Shown here piece by piece: positions 61,783 through 64,000 of a stretch of DNA of 64,000 nucleotides (its first letter is position 1; every line of letters starts with the position of its first letter). The position numbers were made by a program, and so were the translations under genes. The notes below the pieces were generated by a model. That model was not told the origin of the DNA and ran no database searches. It saw nothing but the letters and a program-made list of their open reading frames with translations. This stretch comes from an uncultured delta proteobacterium (GTDB taxonomy: Bacteria; Myxococcota_A; UBA9160; UBA4427). Where the stretch lies: assembly GCA_963822965.1 (NCBI GenBank), contig CAWGJT010000005.1, positions 1,728,001 to 1,792,000 on the forward strand. Reading direction: 5' to 3'.

Positions 61783-62340
61783 TCACGCGCGCTGCATCGC
61801 GTCCTGCTTCTCGCGCTCGCCGAGCTCGATGTTGGCGAGCAGCGCGTCCACGGTCACGCGCTCGCCGCCGGAGAGGTTCCGGTACAGGGCGGCGGGCGTA
61901 TAGATGAGCCCCCACGGAAAGCCCCACCAGCCCAGCAGGAAGGTGGCGGTCGTGTAGGCCGCGTTCGCCCAGCCCGTGGACTCGACGCCCTTGACGTAGA
62001 AGCGCGACGGCGTGCGGAAGGTCATGAGCACCATGGAGACCACGGTCGTGAAGCGAACGAGCTCGGTCTGCGGCGTGATCCGAACGTCGCGGAACATCGC
62101 CGTGCCCTCCCGGACCGCGGCGTGGTTCATCCCGAGCCAGTGGAGGAAGTGGTCCTCAGTGGTGCCCCGCGCCTTGTTGGCCTTCCAGAGGCGGCGCACC
62201 CCCCAGCAGACGGCGGCCATGATGGATGCCACCACCAGACAGCCCAGGGCGGTGGACTGGTCGCCGTAGTACACCGCCGAGATGCCGAGTCCCAGGATGC
62301 CGATCGGTACCAGCCAGAAGAGAGTCCCGATTCTTTCCAT
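61783..62340 (-). CDS. Hypothetical membrane protein
   Basis: 2 TM + TFLLGWWGFPWGLIYTP. Confidence 0.75.
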   Translation of the reverse strand: MERIGTLFWLVPIGILGLGISAVYYGDQSTALGCLVVASIMAAVCWGVRRLWKANKARGTTEDHFLHWLGMNHAAVREGTAMFRDVRITPQTELVRFTTVVSMVLMTFRTPSRFYVKGVESTGWANAAYTTATFLLGWWGFPWGLIYTPAALYRNLSGGERVTVDALLANIELGEREKQDAMQRA

Positions 62341-62759
62341 GGGTGAGTCCCCTTGCAGAAGCGCCGGGACGGCGCACCACGCGGTACGTCGGCCGCCCGG
62401 AAGCCGCGCTTGAGGCCGCCGGCGCGAGGAGGCACCTCGACACCGAGCCAAGTTGCCGAAGGCCCCCAGACGACGGGCTTCACACCTGCGTGGCCGCCCT
62501 CCCGGCCGTGATAGAATGGCGGGCAGCGAGGCCTCCCCATGATCCGATCGCGACCGAGGCATCTCCTTCTGGGCGCACTGCTGGTCGCATTGGCCGGAGC
62601 TCTCGCCCCGACGGGGTGCGAGGTCCGCCAGGGGGTGTACGGCCTGACCCTCGACAGCAGCCTGGTGTCGGGATGCTTCCCGCCGCTGGCGTGCCCGGTA
62701 GTGCTCGCGGAGAGCGTCAGCGGAACCTTTCGGCTCACCGCCGCACCGTTCGCGGCGCC

Positions 62760-63287
62760 CTACAGCAGCGAGCCCTGCTGGCACCTTCGGCCCTGCTCCA
62801 TGGCGAGGAGCCAGGCCTTGAGGTCGAGGCCGCCGCCGTAGCCCTGCAGATGGCCGTTGCTGGCGATGACGCGGTGGCAGGGCACGACGAGGGAGACGGG
62901 GTTCGCACCGTTGGCGGCGCCGACGGCGCGGGTGGCGGTGGGGCGGCCGAGAGCGGCGGCGATCTCCGCGTAGGTTCGCGTCTCGCCGAACGGGATGCCC
63001 GCCACCAGCTCGTACACCTTCGTCTGGAAGGGAGTGGCGCGAATGTCGAGGGGGACGTCGAAGCGGTCGCGCTTGCCTTCGAGAAACTCGACGATCTGGC
63101 CGATGGTGCGCCGGTTCGGCTCGAAGCCCTCGCGGACCACCGCGCCCGGGGCATGGCGGCTGCGCCAGCCCTCGAAGCCGCGACCGCTGGGGTGGGGAAG
63201 CTGGACGTAGGCCAGACCTCGGGAGGTGCTGGCGACTCGGAACGACCCGATGGCGGTCTCGAAGTCGGCCGTATGGATGACGTCCAT
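62760..63287 (-). CDS. ogt: Methylated-DNA--protein-cysteine methyltransferase
   Basis: TPFQ, IPFGETRTY, RAVG.ANG.NP, PCHRV. Confidence 0.93.
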   Translation of the reverse strand: MDVIHTADFETAIGSFRVASTSRGLAYVQLPHPSGRGFEGWRSRHAPGAVVREGFEPNRRTIGQIVEFLEGKRDRFDVPLDIRATPFQTKVYELVAGIPFGETRTYAEIAAALGRPTATRAVGAANGANPVSLVVPCHRVIASNGHLQGYGGGLDLKAWLLAMEQGRRCQQGSLL

Positions 63288-63341
63288 CGGCGGGGATCGT
63301 AACACTCACGCTGCCGGATCTTCAATCGAAGAACGCGGGAA

Positions 63342-64000
63342 TCACTCGGCGCCGTCGCTTCCGATCTCTTCTTCACGGATGGCGAGGCGCTTCATCATCT
63401 TCTGTAGCGACTGGCGGGGAATGCCGAGACGTTCGGCGGCCCGGGTCTTGTTGCCCGTCTCGCGCAGGGCGCGCACGATGAGCAGGCGCTTCAGGGCGTC
63501 CACGGCCAGGGTCATGTTGGCGGCGCCCACGACCTCGCTCGCCACGTCGCCCACGTCGCTCGCACGGCCGCCCCCGCGCACGTGCTCCGACAGCATCTCG
63601 ACGCCCACGATGCGCTCGTCGCCCGCCAGCGCCACCAGACGCTCGATCTCGTTCTCGAGCTCGCGCACGTTGCCCGGCCACTGGCAGGCCGTGAGCCGGT
63701 CCATGGCGGCGTTCGTGAAGCCGGCGAGACGGCGGTTCATCCGCTGGCTCACGCGGTCGAGGAAGTGGTGCGCCAGGGCCGGGATGTCCGAACGGCGCGC
63801 CCGCAGGGGCGGCACGTCGATCTCGACGACGCGCAGGCGGTAGAAGAGGTCCTCGCGGAAGCGCCCGGTCTCGACGGCCTTGGTGAGATCGCGGTTGGTG
63901 GCGGCGACGACGCGCACGTTCACCTTGCGGGTCTCCGAAGAGCCCAGGGGCCGGATCTCGCCGTCCTGGAGCACCCGCAGCAGCCGCACCTGCATGCCGG
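63342..64000 (-). CDS. Sigma-54-dependent transcriptional regulator (5' part outside the window)
   Basis: [35 protein letters not shown], Fis-type HTH. Confidence 0.95.
   Translation of the reverse strand, partial: GMQVRLLRVLQDGEIRPLGSSETRKVNVRVVAATNRDLTKAVETGRFREDLFYRLRVVEIDVPPLRARRSDIPALAHHFLDRVSQRMNRRLAGFTNAAMDRLTACQWPGNVRELENEIERLVALAGDERIVGVEMLSEHVRGGGRASDVGDVASEVVGAANMTLAVDALKRLLIVRALRETGNKTRAAERLGIPRQSLQKMMKRLAIREEEIGSDGAE

Overview
High-GC bacterial chromosomal DNA. Gene content is consistent with a Myxococcota-like organism, but that is inference only. Many core genes carry 1-nt frameshifts, pointing to an indel-prone long-read assembly. Housekeeping/metabolic genes (msrB, HAD hydrolase, amidase, GST, aat, metB-like, a TTQ amine-dehydrogenase mauBEDA+cytochrome c cluster, lipase+foldase, APC permease, TetR, ogt, sigma-54 regulator) alternate with four accessory zones. 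(1) A small orphan Rhs toxin/immunity patch at 0.9-2.9 kb. (2) A 12.5-kb Rhs toxin-tip/immunity island (12959-25415) bounded by 18-bp direct repeats, with internal copies of its flanking genes. It contains a strand-specific C->T-looking tract: 246 nt with no C at all, flanked by zones where mainly CC dinucleotides are lost. (3) An integrase-less integron array (putative attI, cassettes, attC) in which an IS110-family element sits exactly in the attC core GTTAG|GC; its 3' non-coding RNA region contains segments matching both that target and its own ends. (4) Two uncharacterised envelope/conflict-like gene clusters: one with an OmpA-like protein, lipoprotein and serine protease, the other with an M15 peptidase, patatin lipoprotein and a 1558-aa multi-pass receptor-like protein.
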